From Vicugna vicugna (taxonomy: Eukaryota), in NCBI GenBank assembly GCA_013265495.1, contig MU058788.1, forward strand, positions 62,001 to 126,000: a DNA stretch of 64,000 nucleotides, in the 5' to 3' direction. Below the pieces are notes generated by a model, which had not been told where the DNA came from, ran no database searches, and saw only the letters and a program-made list of their open reading frames with translations. This document shows positions 25,671 to 39,086 of the stretch, one piece after another. Every line of letters starts with the position of its first letter. Within the stretch, counting starts at the first letter, position 1. Both the position numbers and the translations under genes were made by a program.

Positions 25671-27737
25671 CCCTTTCCGCCTCACCTGGCTTGGGAGTTG
25701 GAGGGGGACCCTGCGCAGGAGCTATCTGTCCCGCCCTTTTGGTGGGGTGTCAGGGGTCAGGTAGCCCCGGCTGGTCTTGCACTGACGTTTAACACCGTGT
25801 CAGAACATGCCTGAGCCGCTGGCTTCTGGTCTCCCAGTCCAGCTGTGCCTGGCCGCTGGCCGTCTGCGGGTGACGGCCAGCTGTGGAGCTCCGGCGGGTG
25901 GGCCCACACCTTGTTCCAGAGTTGTCGGGCCATCCTCTTTACATTTAACCCAGCGTTTCCAGTGCGCTCCGTCCACGAGGCCTGTGTGTCCTGCGTCCCC
26001 TTCCTGGTGGGATTTCTCGCACACAGAGTGGCCTCCTGACCTCCTTCTGGCCCAGACCCACAGTCCCCATCAGAGTACACCCCCCTGAAGAGGGCGGCGT
26101 CGGCTTCACAGCGCAGACTCGAGGCCCTGCTCCTCCCGGAGACCTGGGCGCGGGAGAGTCGCTCAGAGATCGTGGGCCCAGCGTTCTGCTTTGAGGCTCT
26201 TCTGAGACCCCCGAAAACCCCACTCCTTGGGAGCCTCCCGGGACTTGCAGCGGAGCCAGTGGGAGGAGGTTCCTGGTCATGAATTTTACAGGAAACTGGT
26301 GCCAGGTCATTCTGCAGAATGTGTCTAAATAACCCTGGAACCAAGAGCTTTTCCCAGAGCTCAGCCGGCCCCTCTCTGCCTCCTTCCCCTGTGGGCCTGT
26401 CTACCTGGTGCACGGCAGGGAGGCAGGCGTGCAGGGCGAGAGGACCTGTCAGGGTCGTGGATTGTTCCGAAGTTAAGAGACTTTCCTGGCAACTGAGGGC
26501 TGGTCCTTCCCCTGTGCTCAGGCAGACCCCTCCCCGGGCGAGGGCTGCCCCAGGGTTCCCTGGCGGAGCAGGCGGCATGCTCATGGCCGTGGTCGGGAGC
26601 TGGGAGCACAGATGCTAGTGGACAGAAGTCGTCAGGTCGGTCCTGCTGCTCTGGGGCCCCGTCCCTGAAGGGAGTGTGGCCTGGGTCTGGGCCGGGGTGA
26701 CAGACGCGGCAGGAGGATTTTCCTGGAAGCTGTCATCAGGCAGATGTCACCCCACGCTGTCACCCAGAAGGCACGCTTGGTCAGGTGCTGAGGCTGGGGG
26801 ACTCCTCCTCACCTGCGACCTCCCCGGGGGATGCTTGCTGGTGACCATCAGCTGGGCAGCCTGCCGTGGCAACCAGGAAGGAAATACTTTCTCTTCCAAG
26901 GCCCAGGAGTGGATGTGAATGACTTAATTATCTGCAGAAAGTCCGTTACTCTCTAGTCAAGGGCCCTCCTTGGCTGGAGTGTCCAGAACCCCCGGCTGGG
27001 ACCCCAGTGTCCTGACGCGGCCCTGGGTATTTGCCAGCCTTCCTGGGGGCGTCCAGCTCAGATTGTAGCCCGGTTAACTGAACACGTGGAAAAGAGGGAG
27101 AAGCCAGTGATGAAACAGGACTGGTTCAGGGTGGAGGTAGGGCTCAGCTTTCCTTTTCCTTCATGGATGAAAACTGAAACTCTTTCTCCCTCGACTTCTG
27201 GGATACAAAGGTTTCCTTCAAGTCTTTCAACAGCACCATCATTGTGCCCTCGTGTTTCGGTTGTGCTTTCTTTTACCAGTGGCTGTTCCTCATTCACCCC
27301 TTCACCCTCCCTTTTCCCTTTTTCTCCTTGGATTTTGTTCGGCGACGGCTTGATAGAAAGCCCTGCTTGTCACTGCTGACACCTTTCCCCAGTCCTCTGG
27401 GTGCAGCCCCTCCATGGTTCCGTCAGCTGCCGGCGATGGCAATACTGAGGGATGACTCCCAGCACCCGCCCTCCAGGGACTCCGGTCTGATGAGACCAAC
27501 TGGAAGCCTCGGGCTTTTTCTGGCTACTGTTTACAAGGACCACTGATGCCAGTTCCCTTCCCTGATCCGTTTCCTCCCCGTGTGGGGTGGGTAGATTCAC
27601 CCCCTTGTCTGTATATTTGAAGAAGGAAATGTGGGTGAGAACGACAGGGTCTCTCTGCTGCATCTGAAGAATCATGATTTAGCGTTGAAGCCTGAGCACT
27701 TTTTCCTGTCTGTGTCTTCTCTCTCTTCTAAAAAAAG

Positions 27738-27855
27738 TTTTTACTGAAGTGTAGTCAGTTTACAATGTTGTGTCAATGTCTGGTGCACAGCATCTGTTTC
27801 AGTCACGCATGTACGCATATGTTCCTTTTCATGTTCTTTTTCATTACAGGTTACT
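27738..27855 (-). mobile_element. L1 3' UTR terminus (5'-truncated)
   Basis: 'tttactgaagtgtagtcagtttacaatgttgtgtc...' is the reverse complement of the L1 end at about 57190-57310. Confidence 0.88.
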
Positions 27856-28157
27856 GGAGGGGGAGAGAGTGGGAAGGGATAAACTGGAAGTCCAAGATTT
27901 GTAGGTACACATTACTGTGTATAAAATAGATAAATAATAAACTTACACTGTACAGCACAGGGAACTATATTCAATATCTTATAGTAACCTATAATGAAAA
28001 AGATTGTGGAAAGAAATACACAACTGTGTATGGATGACTGAAACGTTATATTGTTCACCAGAAATGGACACAGTATTGTAAACTGACTATACTTCAATAA
28101 ATTTGTTTTTAAAAAAATAGGTAAGCAACAGGTTTCTACTGTATAGCACAGGAACTG
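27856..28157 (+). mobile_element. L1 3' UTR terminus plus an extra ~45-bp L1 3' UTR piece
   Basis: 'gtgggaagggataaactgg...tgtaaactgactatacttcaataaa' matches 57113-57309. A second piece, 'aaaataggtaagcaacagg...tatagcacaggaact', follows at about 28113-28157. Confidence 0.88.
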
Positions 28158-28681
28158 TAATCATGTGTCTCTTTGATGAGAGGCGTGTCGTTCTGTGTCC
28201 GCTGTCCCCACCCCGAGCTGTGTGGGTCCTGCAGAGACGCCTGCTCTGGGCAAGGCGCACGGTGGTCTGGGCTGGGGGTCCGGCCCTGCCTTCAGCAGTG
28301 CTGGCTCCTCCTGCCCTGTGAGGGGAGGATGGGGTATCCTCACTTAACCTGCCCCGTGGACGGCCTGGAAGCAGGTGTGAAAAATCCATGAGCATCAAGC
28401 AAAACTGGGACAAACAAAGGAGCCCTGTGCAGGTGAGGGTCCCTTTCCATCTGGGTGAGAGGACTTGCCATATGCCCTTTGGTCTGTGGGTGGGAGCGGA
28501 GGGCATGGATGGCTGGTTCTCCACCCTGGAATCGCCAGCAGGCGCACTGCCGGGCATCATGGTAGGACCCTGCCCCTCGTCTGCGGCTTCTCCGGGAGAG
28601 AGAGAGAGAGAGTGAAAGCCTGGTCTCTTGGTGGCTCGGCTGTGGAGGTTCCCACCTTTCCTCAGAGTGGAATGATCATTG

Positions 28682-28753
28682 GTGCTGTGGGCCAGGCGTG
28701 CTGAACACCTGCCAGCATCTTCAGTGCTGTGGGCCAGGTGTGCCGAACACCTG
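28682..28753. repeat. Two-copy 30-bp direct repeat, 42-bp period
   Basis: gtgctgtgggccagg(c/t)gtgc(t/c)gaacacctg at 28682 and 28724. Confidence 0.9.
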
Positions 28754-30440
28754 ACCTCAGGGTACACTGTAGTTGAACACTGTCCTTTTTTTCCCCCATA
28801 AGCTGGAAACTCTCCAGCCTCCCAGTCAGCCCAGAGCTGGTGGGATTGTGAGAAAATGCCCGTGGAAAGAGCAGTGTAAGAGGAGTTCTCTTTGTGTTTG
28901 TTTTTTAAATCCACATCTAGGGAAGAAAGAGCAGAGCGCTGAGCCCAGAAACCTGCCAGTGCATGGACTCGGGGGTAGAGAGGGGATTCCGTGATGCCGT
29001 GAAAGGAAATTTGGTCTTGTTGCTGTCGGTGAACTCAGGTTCCTGGTGAACCGTTTTGCTTTGGGTTCTAACGTGGAATGGGGCTCCTTAAGCCCCAGGA
29101 AGCCTCTCCCTGCCCTGTGGGCTGGCCATTCGGGTTGTAGTCACAGACAGGAGTTGCGCAGCCCAGGGAGGGACAGCAGAGATGAACTGGTCCAGCCCTC
29201 TTTGGACAGCGTGCGACAGCCTGGGCCCGGAGAGGCTCTGCTTCCCAGGCCACTGTGTCCCTGCTGCAGCCGGACAGAGCCATCTGCCACTGCAGCCTCC
29301 AGGGTGGGCCTCCCCGCTGGTCTCCAGGCCTCTCTTCCCCAACCCCTGCCAGAGGAGGAGCAGTGGGTTTGGATATATGAGAATGGTTTATCCCTGCCAC
29401 CCCGTGCCTCCTATTTGGGGACAGCCAAGAGTTAACCACGTGACAGTCCCTGCCACGGAGGTTTGGCCCAGAACTTGTGTTCTGTTTTGCTCCAGCCGCT
29501 CCCTGGTCCTGCCGCCCTGGGCGAGCTCCTTCCACCAGCATCTCTCTGTCCAGCGGTGCCCAGGTGGACCTGACTCGGCCTGTGTGTGTGCCCACGGGGA
29601 CAGAAACACAGTGGCTTGTGACGTCCCTCTGAAGCCTGCTGCCTGTTGCTATAGAAATTCAGCATCATTAACTGCTGGGGAAAACTTGTCATTTCTCCAG
29701 GCAGCGTTTCCTGGAGCGGCTGGCTCCCGCCGCAGGAGGCTTTCCTGCAGATGCGTTACAGTTTCATCCGTCCCCTCCTATGCCCAATTCTGTGTGTGTC
29801 AGTGTTTAGATACCATCTTGTTTAGGAACCTCCCCTCAGGCCCCCCTCACCCTCTTCCTCCGGGAGAGGCTGGTGCACGCCTCAGTGATAAATGAATTGT
29901 CTGAGTCACTTAGCATAACGCAGAATAGGGCGGCTCTCGGCGATCTGTGCCTGTACCACCCAGTTACACAGTATTTAAGTTTCTTCAGAGGATCGCCTGT
30001 CTAATAACCAAATGGTGGTGTTGAAGAGAAGGAAAAAAGAGAACTTCTGCTACCCTGGGCCCTTCGTGGTTCTGAAAGAGCTATATCCTTATTTCTCTGG
30101 TTTTGTGCATCATAAAAGAATTTCCGCGTTCTTTGAAGATGTGTGTATTTTGGAACAAACCACGACCGAAACAAGAGTGCACAGCTATGTAGCTAAAGGT
30201 TCTTAACAACATCCTAGGTGATCTGGTTTTTCAAGGGAGGACGGGAGTACATGTGAATTAGGTCCCGCTACAGAAGACTAGCGGGTGCCTGTTTGTTCTG
30301 GAAATGTTAGCAGCATTTGCTGACAGTGTGTCACGGAGTGCAGGAACAGACCTTACGCATCATTTAAGGTAGCCACAGGCTCTGGGTCCAGACACGGGGT
30401 TCACACCCTGATTGTGCCCCTTACTTTTAGCTTTTAAAAC

Positions 30441-31190
30441 TTTTTTAAATTGTGGTAAAACATTTATAACATAAAATTTACCGTCTTCACCATTTTTAAG
30501 TGTACGATTGCAAGGCATCAGAAACATTCACATCGTTGTCTGACTGTCACTGCCATCCACCTCCAAAACTTTTTCATCTCCCCAAACTATACCTCTGTCC
30601 CCACTGCTGTTCCCACAACATTACTTCCCGCCCCCTCCCCCACCCCTGGACTCCCAGCCCCTGGCAACCACCATTCCACTTTCGGTCTCAGTAAATTTGA
30701 CACCTCTGGGTCCCTCTTAAAAGTGGAATCATACAGCATTTGTCCTTTGTGACTGGTTTATTTCCCTTAGCATAATGTCCTCAGGGGCATCCCTGCAGGA
30801 ACGTGTCAGAATTTTCTTCCGTTTTGAGGCTGAATAACCTTCCGTTGTGCGCACAGACCACACCTTGCCTATTCATCCCCGCCTCGGGGGACGGTTCGGG
30901 GTGTTTCCACCTTGCGGGCTTGTGAGCGGTGCTGCTGTGAACGCGAGTGTCTGCGTGTCCGTGTCCGTTCGAGTCTCTGTTTTCGCTTCTTCTGGGTGTG
31001 TCCTCAGGAGTGGGGCTGCCGGATCAAGTACTATTTGTACCTTCAACTTTCGGAGGAAACCTCCAGACCGGTTTCCGCGGTGGCTGCACCGTTTTACATT
31101 CCCACCAACAGCGCACAGGCTTCCAATTTCTCCGTATCACCTCCGACACTTGTTATTTTCTGGGTTGTTTTTTTTTTTTTTTTTTTTGAT
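30441..31190 (-). mobile_element. L1MB-like 3' end, apparently inserted into a MIR
   Basis: 'aattgtggtaaaacat...aaatttaccgtc', 'ccctggcaaccaccattc', 'agtggaatcatacagcatttgtcc', 'ttttacattcccaccaaca'. MIR-like sequence on both sides (about 30370-30425 and 31195-31295). Confidence 0.85.
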
Positions 31191-32432
31191 AGGCTTACTT
31201 TGGTTTTTGAGCTTGGCTTTGTGAGAGAGTGAAATGCGTTAACACGTGTGAGGGGTTCAGAGCCTGGTAAACACTGGCAGAGCCTTGCTAAGCAATTTGG
31301 GTCACGTTTCCGTTTGAGGACAGGGAAGCTGAGGAGAGACCCTGACCGCACCTCGGCCTGCCCCTCCTCAGGCCGCCGGCTGAGGGTCCACCCAGCACCG
31401 CCTGCCCCGCTGGGACCACATCCTGAGGGTGGGATAGAATAGTCTTCTCTGTCTCCTGGTCCCCACGTGGTGACAGGCTCTCCTCGTTTTTGGCGAGTGA
31501 TGTCAAAGGGTCTGTAAAGAGTTTCCACTCTCCCGCGAGCGGATTGTGTGGGACTCGAGGACCATCGCACTCGGTGTTTGTGTCAGTTGGTCCAGAAAGG
31601 CCATGCACTGCTCAGCAAGAGACAGGGCTGTGTCTCAGGACCAGGGACCAGCGGAGGCGGGGGGTTGGGGGCGGGAAGGGGAGAAGGCCAGAGCCGCAGG
31701 AGGCAGGGGCCTGGGTGAGGGAGGAGATTCCAGACAGGCTGGGAGGCTGTGGCAGGAGGGCCTTCCTGGACCTTCTGCTGGGAAGTGGGGGGTGGGGGGT
31801 GGGGTGCTCCTGGCCCGTCTCCTTCCCACCCCTGCGTGCGCTGCTGTGCCTGCATCACACGGGGTCCTGGGACTCTCCATCTGTGTCTTACGGCAGCCCT
31901 TCCCCGCCCAGCAGTCCAGTGGGAGGGGAGCCCTGGGCCTCTGCAGGGGGAGGTCCTGTGGTCAGCGGTTAAGGCGGAGTCTGGAGCAGAGGCTGACTTT
32001 ACGTTCCATTTCCCTCTTTGTGTGCCTCTGTTTCTCCTGTATAAGGGGGGGGGTCTGTAAAACAGTGCCCGCCCCCTGGGGCTGTCAAGGACCACCCGCG
32101 TTCATCTGGGTGGAGCACCTAGGACGCACAGGGCAGGCTCTTTTTAGGCGGGGCTGCATCGTGGGGGGAGATGGGCCTTCTGGTGAGTCTGGAAGTCTGG
32201 AATTTACCTCCATAAACAGCGCCTTACCTGCTCCGGTCAGTTCCTTCATGAAGTACATTCGCGTATTCTCTGAGTGCTCTCTGGGCACCTGGTGGTCGGC
32301 GGCTTCTCTTCCCCCCGCCTTACCTGGGGGCCTGTGCCTGCTGGTTTTCGTGAATACTCATAAGTTACCCTTTTAACGTCCAGAGTAGGGATCGGCCTGT
32401 CTGCGTTCCGGGAGGAGATGCTAAGTGCCCCC

Positions 32433-32456
32433 NNNNNNNNNNNNNNNNNNNNNNNN
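32433..32456. other. Assembly gap (24 N) within a poly-C run
   Basis: N run flanked by C homopolymers. Confidence 1.
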
Positions 32457-34149
32457 CCCCCCCCCCCCCGAGCCCTGGCGAGCAGGGCGCCCTGGCCCAG
32501 CTGTGTTGGAGGCGAGGGCTGGGCAGCCGCCTGTGTGCAGACAGCTGGCAGGGACCACGTGCTGCTCGGCGTGGCCCTGGTGTTCCCGGAGGCCAATCCA
32601 GAGGCGGAACCCTGCAGTCATCTCTTCGTAGCGGATGCCGAGAATAGGGGCGCCAGGCACTCTGCCTCGCCACCCAGGAGCCTCGTGACCTGGGCAGGGT
32701 CCCCACTTTCTGGCTGTCGATTTCCACCGCTGAACGCTCAGGGGAAGAGACCATCAGTCGGGCTCCGTGGCAGGAGCAGTTAATTCCTGGTGAGGGACTC
32801 GAGGGGCGCTCTGCCCACATGTTGCAGAGGCAGTTGGGGTGAGGGATGTGCAGGGGCACAGGTGGCACGGCTCCCGCCCTCCAGGTGACCCTCCTGTCCC
32901 AAGAGACACCACGCGGAGGCAGCTGGCGTGGTGTGAACACCGCTGTTGCTCTGTAAAGAGATGTAATGGATGCGACGGGACCAAGGAGGGGACCAAGGAG
33001 AAAGATGTCTGTCGGCCAGTCTCCTCCAGCTTCACGCCGCACACTGCTTTCCACGTGGGGAAGTGTCAGCCCCACACCCTTCCTACGGCTCGGCCCAGCG
33101 TTCCCAGGCCTCTGCTGTGCTCTGATAACTCAGGGGGCATCGTGCCTGCCTTTATCAGTGACACCTCACAGGGGAAGGTCCGTGAGAGGCCCAGACTTTC
33201 CAGCTGCGACAGCCGTTCACTGATGTTTCTTTTTGGGCAGCATTTGCGCAGCACTGCGTTCAGCAGGAGACGGCTCGTTTTGTGTCTCCCAGGGGATGTG
33301 CCTCTGTCATTTGGGCATTTGTCAGTTACCAAGAGTTTTGGTTTTAGTGGCTTTAACCGCCAACTTTTACATCTTAATCAGGTTAAAAATAGCACCCTTT
33401 CAAACAGAGGTGGTGCTTTTTAGAACCTTCAGAAATCTGAGCGCCCCGAAAGCTGCCAGACTGGACCTGACGTACAGAGCGCCACCCGTGGGGGTCTGCA
33501 GCCTGACGTCTGCGGGGAGGGCCGTGTGGGAGCAGGGCCAGCTCGGCGTTCTGGCCTGGATCGTGCCGTGGAGCAGGTCAGGGGGTCGGCGTTACTGTGC
33601 TGCTTTGGGGCCACATTTCAGAGGGACAGTGACCCTGCTGTGAACATACAGCTCATTGTTCAGACCGAGTGCTTCTGAGAGTGAAGGCGAGGGGTGAGTC
33701 ATCACACGGGGACAGTGGCCGGAGATCAGGACGATGGGGTCGCTTGTCTGTAACCAGATGACCACAGATCCAGTGGCCGCCAGGTGAAGGGTGGTCCCTG
33801 TTCCTGCCTCTGACACCTTTGAGAAGCGGTGGCTGATTTGCGGCAGGGGTGCAGTGAGCGTTCCTGAAAGAGTGGTTTCCAAACTTACCGTGGGGGTGAT
33901 GTGACTGAGTTTATCCTCCGCAGCCTTCAAATGCCTCCCCCTCTGCGAGAGATCTCCGAGTGACGCTGGGCTCCCTTGCTCAGTAACCTGCAAATCCAGG
34001 GAGGGAAGGGGCTGAGGGCCCAGCGGCGCCCGGCGGGCCCTGAGGGCCAGGGCAGCTGTCCTGCTGCGATGTTCGTCCTGCTCATTCCTTCCTCTCGGTG
34101 CCTAGATTGTCGGGGACTGCTGTTTTTCAGAATGTCCGCTCCCCAGCCT

Positions 34150-34265
34150 CCAGTTGCTTGAGAACAGGCGGGTTCCGTCCAGGGCCTGGGGATCAGACGC
34201 CCTGGGGGTGGCCCAGAAATCTGCATTTGAAGGCTCCCCCTAGGGACCCCAAACTTGGAGTCTCT
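34150..34265. mobile_element. MER5-like hAT DNA transposon remnant
   Basis: 'ctgggggtggcccagaaatctgcattt...ctcccc' resembles the MER5 internal motif. Confidence 0.45.
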
Positions 34266-37200
34266 GAGTCAGGCCCAGACTTTCCAACATAGTTTGTTAT
34301 GGAAATCTGGTCCTTTCTGCATCCTGTGGTTCCCTGTGTGTCTGGTGTTTGAACCCAGTCTCCAGCTCCTGTTATGCTCTGTTTTTTGAACACGTGGTGG
34401 TAAGTGAGAAAATGCAGCCAGGCTGGTGGTCCTCCACCCCTCAGAATCCCCTGGGCGTCCTCGGCCTGGCTGTTCCATCGCTGAGCCTGGGGCTCAGCCA
34501 TTCACGTGTGGATTCTGATCCACGGCTAGTGGGGCTTTGCTCTGTGGTTCTGGGCGCTGCCTCGGGCGGCCCGGCCAGGGGAAGTGGGGTCGTGTCTGCA
34601 GGCCCAGATGGGAAGCTCCACGGAGTGTCAGCTGTCGTCCTGGTGGCAGTGGTTCTGTCCGGACGTGGCAGGTCACGTTTGAAGCCAGGTCTCTGTAAGT
34701 GACTTAATCACAGAGAAAAGGGCTCCCGCCACTCCCATTCTCATCCGCCCTCCTCGGCGGGTGTGCTGTCAGCAGGCTCACCTGTGCGTTTGCCGAGTCC
34801 GGAGATGAGTTCCCCGCTGTGTCCAGGCTGCTTCAGGCGCTGGGTGGGGTGCGTTTCCGGGGCTGCGTGTGGGGTGTTGTTGCAGGTCTGACCTGCTGGG
34901 TCCTTTCTTCTCCTTTGCTCCTCACTGATCTGTAGAGGGCTGTGTTTACTGGCCCGGCTAAAAGTAAGCCCCTTTTTCCTTCCTCCTTCTGGGCTAGGAA
35001 TTTAAAAAGCCAGTGCTTGTACTTCCACTGTTTGGAGTTGGCCGTGAGAGATCCGTCACTAACCGTGGGCTGGTCATTTCCCCGATTCCGTCTGGCTGGT
35101 TAGGGAGCCCTTGGCCGGGGGGCTCGAGTCTCGCCTCCACCCCAGGTCCACCTGCAACCACCCCTCCTCCTCCAGTCGTTTTCAATAACGATATCATACA
35201 TCCGATTCTTTCCTTATGCTGAGAAATCTTTTAAGTGTTGACGGGGGCCCTTCCCAGCTGGGTTCATAGGAGACCGTGTGGTCCTTTTCTGTTCCCGCTT
35301 TGCTGCGCATGCCCCGCATACTGGCCGGAGGTGGAGCCCGCCCTGCTGTGGGGGGCTGATGTCTTGGGAAGGAGAGGGGTGCAAACAGGTGGTTGCAGTG
35401 CTGTGTGATGGGGCTGAGGCAGCGGGATGGTCGCGCATGAGCAGGGCGATGGCGCCTTGGGACCGAGCCCATGTTCCCTCACGTGCTGTGGGCTGTGCTT
35501 GGAAACGGGACTGGGGAGGAGGAGGAGGTGAGACTTGTGCAGGGCCCCGGCTAGGGGTGGCTCTGGGCAGTGCTCCCCCCTCCAGCAGCCCTGTGCAGGA
35601 AAAGGGGGGGTCAGGGAAGCCAGGGTGGGGGCAGATGGGCCATTAGGAGGGTCCCACAGAGTCCAGGTGAGAGGGCAGACAGGCCTTCAGTGTGGCCGTG
35701 AGAACGTGAGGACACAGACCCTGTACCACCGGACGACTGGTGAGGCGTGAAGTCTGGGATGGGGTGGGGGGCAGATGGGGGTGTCACAGAGTTGGGGGAG
35801 GTGGTGGAGATGTTCTGAGATTTGACACCATGCTCAGTTTGGAGGAATTGTTTTTGTACCCCTTTCAGGATGTCACCCCTGGACTGGTAAATACGGCGGT
35901 TAAAATGAACCGCCCCTACCCCCAAGCCTCTTCTTCTGGCATTTCCTGGTTTAACTGATCGTGAGTTATAATGATCTCATTTTATTAAAGGCATTGATCG
36001 TGGTGAAAACATTTCATAGAAAAACACCTGCTGCGGGGCGAAGGTGAGGTTTTTTTGCCTGTGGGCTCACTTTGCGGGTCCGGACTCCCGGCAGAAACTG
36101 CTGGAGAGCTCCTACGGGGACCGCAGTGGTGGGACCTGGCGAGTGCCTCTCCCCAGGAGACAAAGACAGAGCACTGGCTTGTTCTGCAGCGGGCATCTCC
36201 CCCCCAGCCCCGAGGTACCTCTTCCCTCTCCCCCCCCTCCCCAATTCCCTTCCCTTTTAAAATCTCAGGCCAGGGCCTCTGTCTCGTTCTCAGCTGGAGC
36301 CTGTTAGCTGGTGGCCTCACTGCGCTCCTCTGCAGGGGTCGAGGCTGCCTTCCTCCCCCAGGCAGCACTCCTGCCCTGCCTCCTCCTTCCTCCCCCTCCT
36401 GCTGGGCTTCCTGCTCGTGGGGGCGGCTCGGCTTCATGCTGTTGGGGATCTTGCACTGAGCTGTGTTCTGGGGTTTCGTACAAGCGCTCAGACGCACATG
36501 TCCCAGGGCTTCATGGCAAACACTGACCGCCACCCTCACCCCTGGTCATCCCTCTTCACTCCTGAAACTGCCCCCGCTCCCTGGCCCCAGGATAGGTGTC
36601 GACGGCAGTAAATACAAGTGTGACCTCTTACCTCCTGAGCGGTGCGCCCAGCCCAGCGGACCCCGGCCTCCTTCCCTATTTTTCGGCTTCCAGTCTTAAA
36701 AGACAGAGACGGCGCCCCAGCTGAGGGCTGAGCGGTGGACTAGACATGAAGGCTGCGCACTAGGAGGGAGATGGACCTGGAAGCTCGGGTGCGCTGCGCG
36801 CTCCCCTGAGAGCTGCGTGCTAACGAGTTCCTTTCCGCCCGGGCACAGTCGGGCCTTCTTCAGACCGTTTCAGCGCAGTCTCAGTGATGGTGGAATCCTC
36901 TTCTAGATCTGTGAGCTGGGGTAGCGTGTGCTTGGGCCCCGCAGGACTGGACAAAGCCCTTGTTTGGCACAGGTGTGCCCCCCTCCCACCTCCTTGCTGC
37001 AGAGATGGCTAGACACCTTGTCCTGCAGACGTGCCTCCAAGCTCAGCCTCTTCCAGGGTCTCCTTGTCTGAGTCTTCTCAGTTGCCTGCTGCTCTTTCAC
37101 TGGACCTCATGTCTCCTGGGAGGGGCAGTGTGGGGCCCCCGAGGGTACAGGGGCCTCGGTCACGGTGGCCGCCTTGTCACCAGCTTACAGGGTGCCCTTC

Positions 37201-37684
37201 CATGGGCCACGCCACAGTGCGTGCTATCGGTGGTTTGAGCCTCGTGTTACTGCGGTGACGCTCAGGTCTGGTGTTGGGGAGAGAGGTCCCCTCCTCCTAG
37301 TCATCCTGGGTGGGCATAGGACTCAGCAGAAGGTCAAGGACCCTTGTGTTAGAGTGAAAAAACCACGTGTATGTGTGTGTGTCCTGCCACAGTGTGCCAC
37401 CTAGGTTGGCTTACCGAGGTGGGCGGTGGACTTCGTTTTGGTTTTGTTGTTCTACGTCTCAGCCGCGTGTATATGAACAGATCTGTTGCACAATTCTGTG
37501 TCCAGGCAGGAAGTGGCTGCCAGGCGCTCTTCACTGTCAGAATAGCGCAGCGTGGGGCACCCGCGGAACCACCTCCCAGTCTTGCCTGCCCCCATAGGAT
37601 CCGTCCCCCGGGCAGATTGCTGGATTCCCCCCGCAGGGCTTCCCAGGAGGTGTCAGAGCAATCAGTCCTGATATGTAGGGGTGT

Positions 37685-37782
37685 TTTGTTTTTTAATCAC
37701 CCACTTTTTTGGGTGGGTACTTAGGTTTTTTTAATTAATTAATTTTTAATGGAGGTGCTGGGGATTGAACCCAAGGCCTCGT
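37685..37782 (-). mobile_element. 5'-truncated tRNA-derived SINE (Vic-1-like)
   Basis: 'ttaatggaggtgctggggattgaacccaaggcctcg' is the reverse complement of the B-box region plus tail. The A-box is missing. Confidence 0.8.
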
Positions 37783-39086
37783 CCACCCTGTGCTTTGTTT
37801 CTGTCAGAAAAATAAAGCTCTCAGTTGGAGTTCAGTTCGGGACTGGGAAGGAATGTGCGTCCTGTTTTATTCTGAAAGTAAAGTCTCATCTCCTGTGCGG
37901 CATAAACCTTTCCTACAGAGATCCCTTTTCCCTTGGCAGTAGTTTCAGAGTTCTGGGGGTTTTGTTTGTTTTGTTTTGTTTTTTGTTTTTTTGCTTTGTC
38001 TTGTTTTTGGCCACCCACTCGAGGGGGGGGGCGGGGACCTCCAGCCCTCCCCTCCCCCATTCAAGGTGGCAGGAGATGCAGGACCAGCCCAGCCCTTCTC
38101 CCATCCCGGGCATCAGCCTTCAGAACTGAGGGGCGTTGCTGCCCGTCTCTGTGCGGTGAGGAATGGAAGCCTGCTGTCCTCCGAGCACAGAGAACCCCGT
38201 CTTTGCCCTTCCTTCCCCGGGGAATCGGTCCTTGTGGTCCCAAAGCGTCTTGCAGAACGCCCCGTCGGGGCCACCGCTCGCACCTGCGGACTAGTCGGCT
38301 GCAGTGGGGTGCAGGTGTGTCTTGTGCCTGTGTGTGGCTTTGTTTAAGGCACACTACCCAAGTTGCTCCTGCAACATTGTATTTTTTCTCTCTGGGAAAT
38401 ACGGGAAATACGTTCCAGATTTTGTGTGGCCTCTTGGCTTGGGTTTAGTGCTTCGTCGGCATGGTGACTACGGGGCAGCTGGCGGTCGCCAGGGCCCTCT
38501 TTGTCTTCTCTCTCTGCTCCTCCCGTCCCCTGCCACTCGCAGGGCCTCCAGGATGCCCTCCTGCAGGCAGAGCGCTGGCGAGGTCCCAGTGGACCCTCAC
38601 TCCTGCGTCTCTTGCTCCGGCTGCTGTTTCCATTCAAACACAGGGCTGTGGCTTTAGATCCAGACCAGAGCGACGGTAGGGGAGGTAAAGGGTCTGGTCG
38701 TCCATTGAGGCACCTCCAGGAAGCCCAGGAGGGTGGCCCTGCCGGAAATGTAAGCTGACTTCAGAGCACAGGATGCTGTGGAGGAGGTAATACCGGCCCG
38801 TGTTTCCTTAATAAAGCGCTGAGCCCCTGACCCCGCCCGCCCCTCCTCCAGGCCACTGGGAGGAGGACTTCCGGTTCTATAATTAGCTCAGACGTGCCTG
38901 CCCCCTGGGGCGTCTCCCCTGCTCAGCCTGCGCCTGCCTGGCTGGCCTGAGGTTCCTGAGGTTCGTGGATGATCTCAGCTACAGGTGAACAAAAAGAAAG
39001 CTTCCTTCTACCTCTGTGGCTCGGGCGTGGGCTCGTGGTGTGTAGATGCAGAGGCTGGAACCTGGAACCTGACTCTTCAAAGACTA

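Noticed and set aside
28682..28753. Repeat-spacer-repeat resembling CRISPR
   Set aside because: Only two units, a 12-bp spacer, mammalian DNA and no cas genes.
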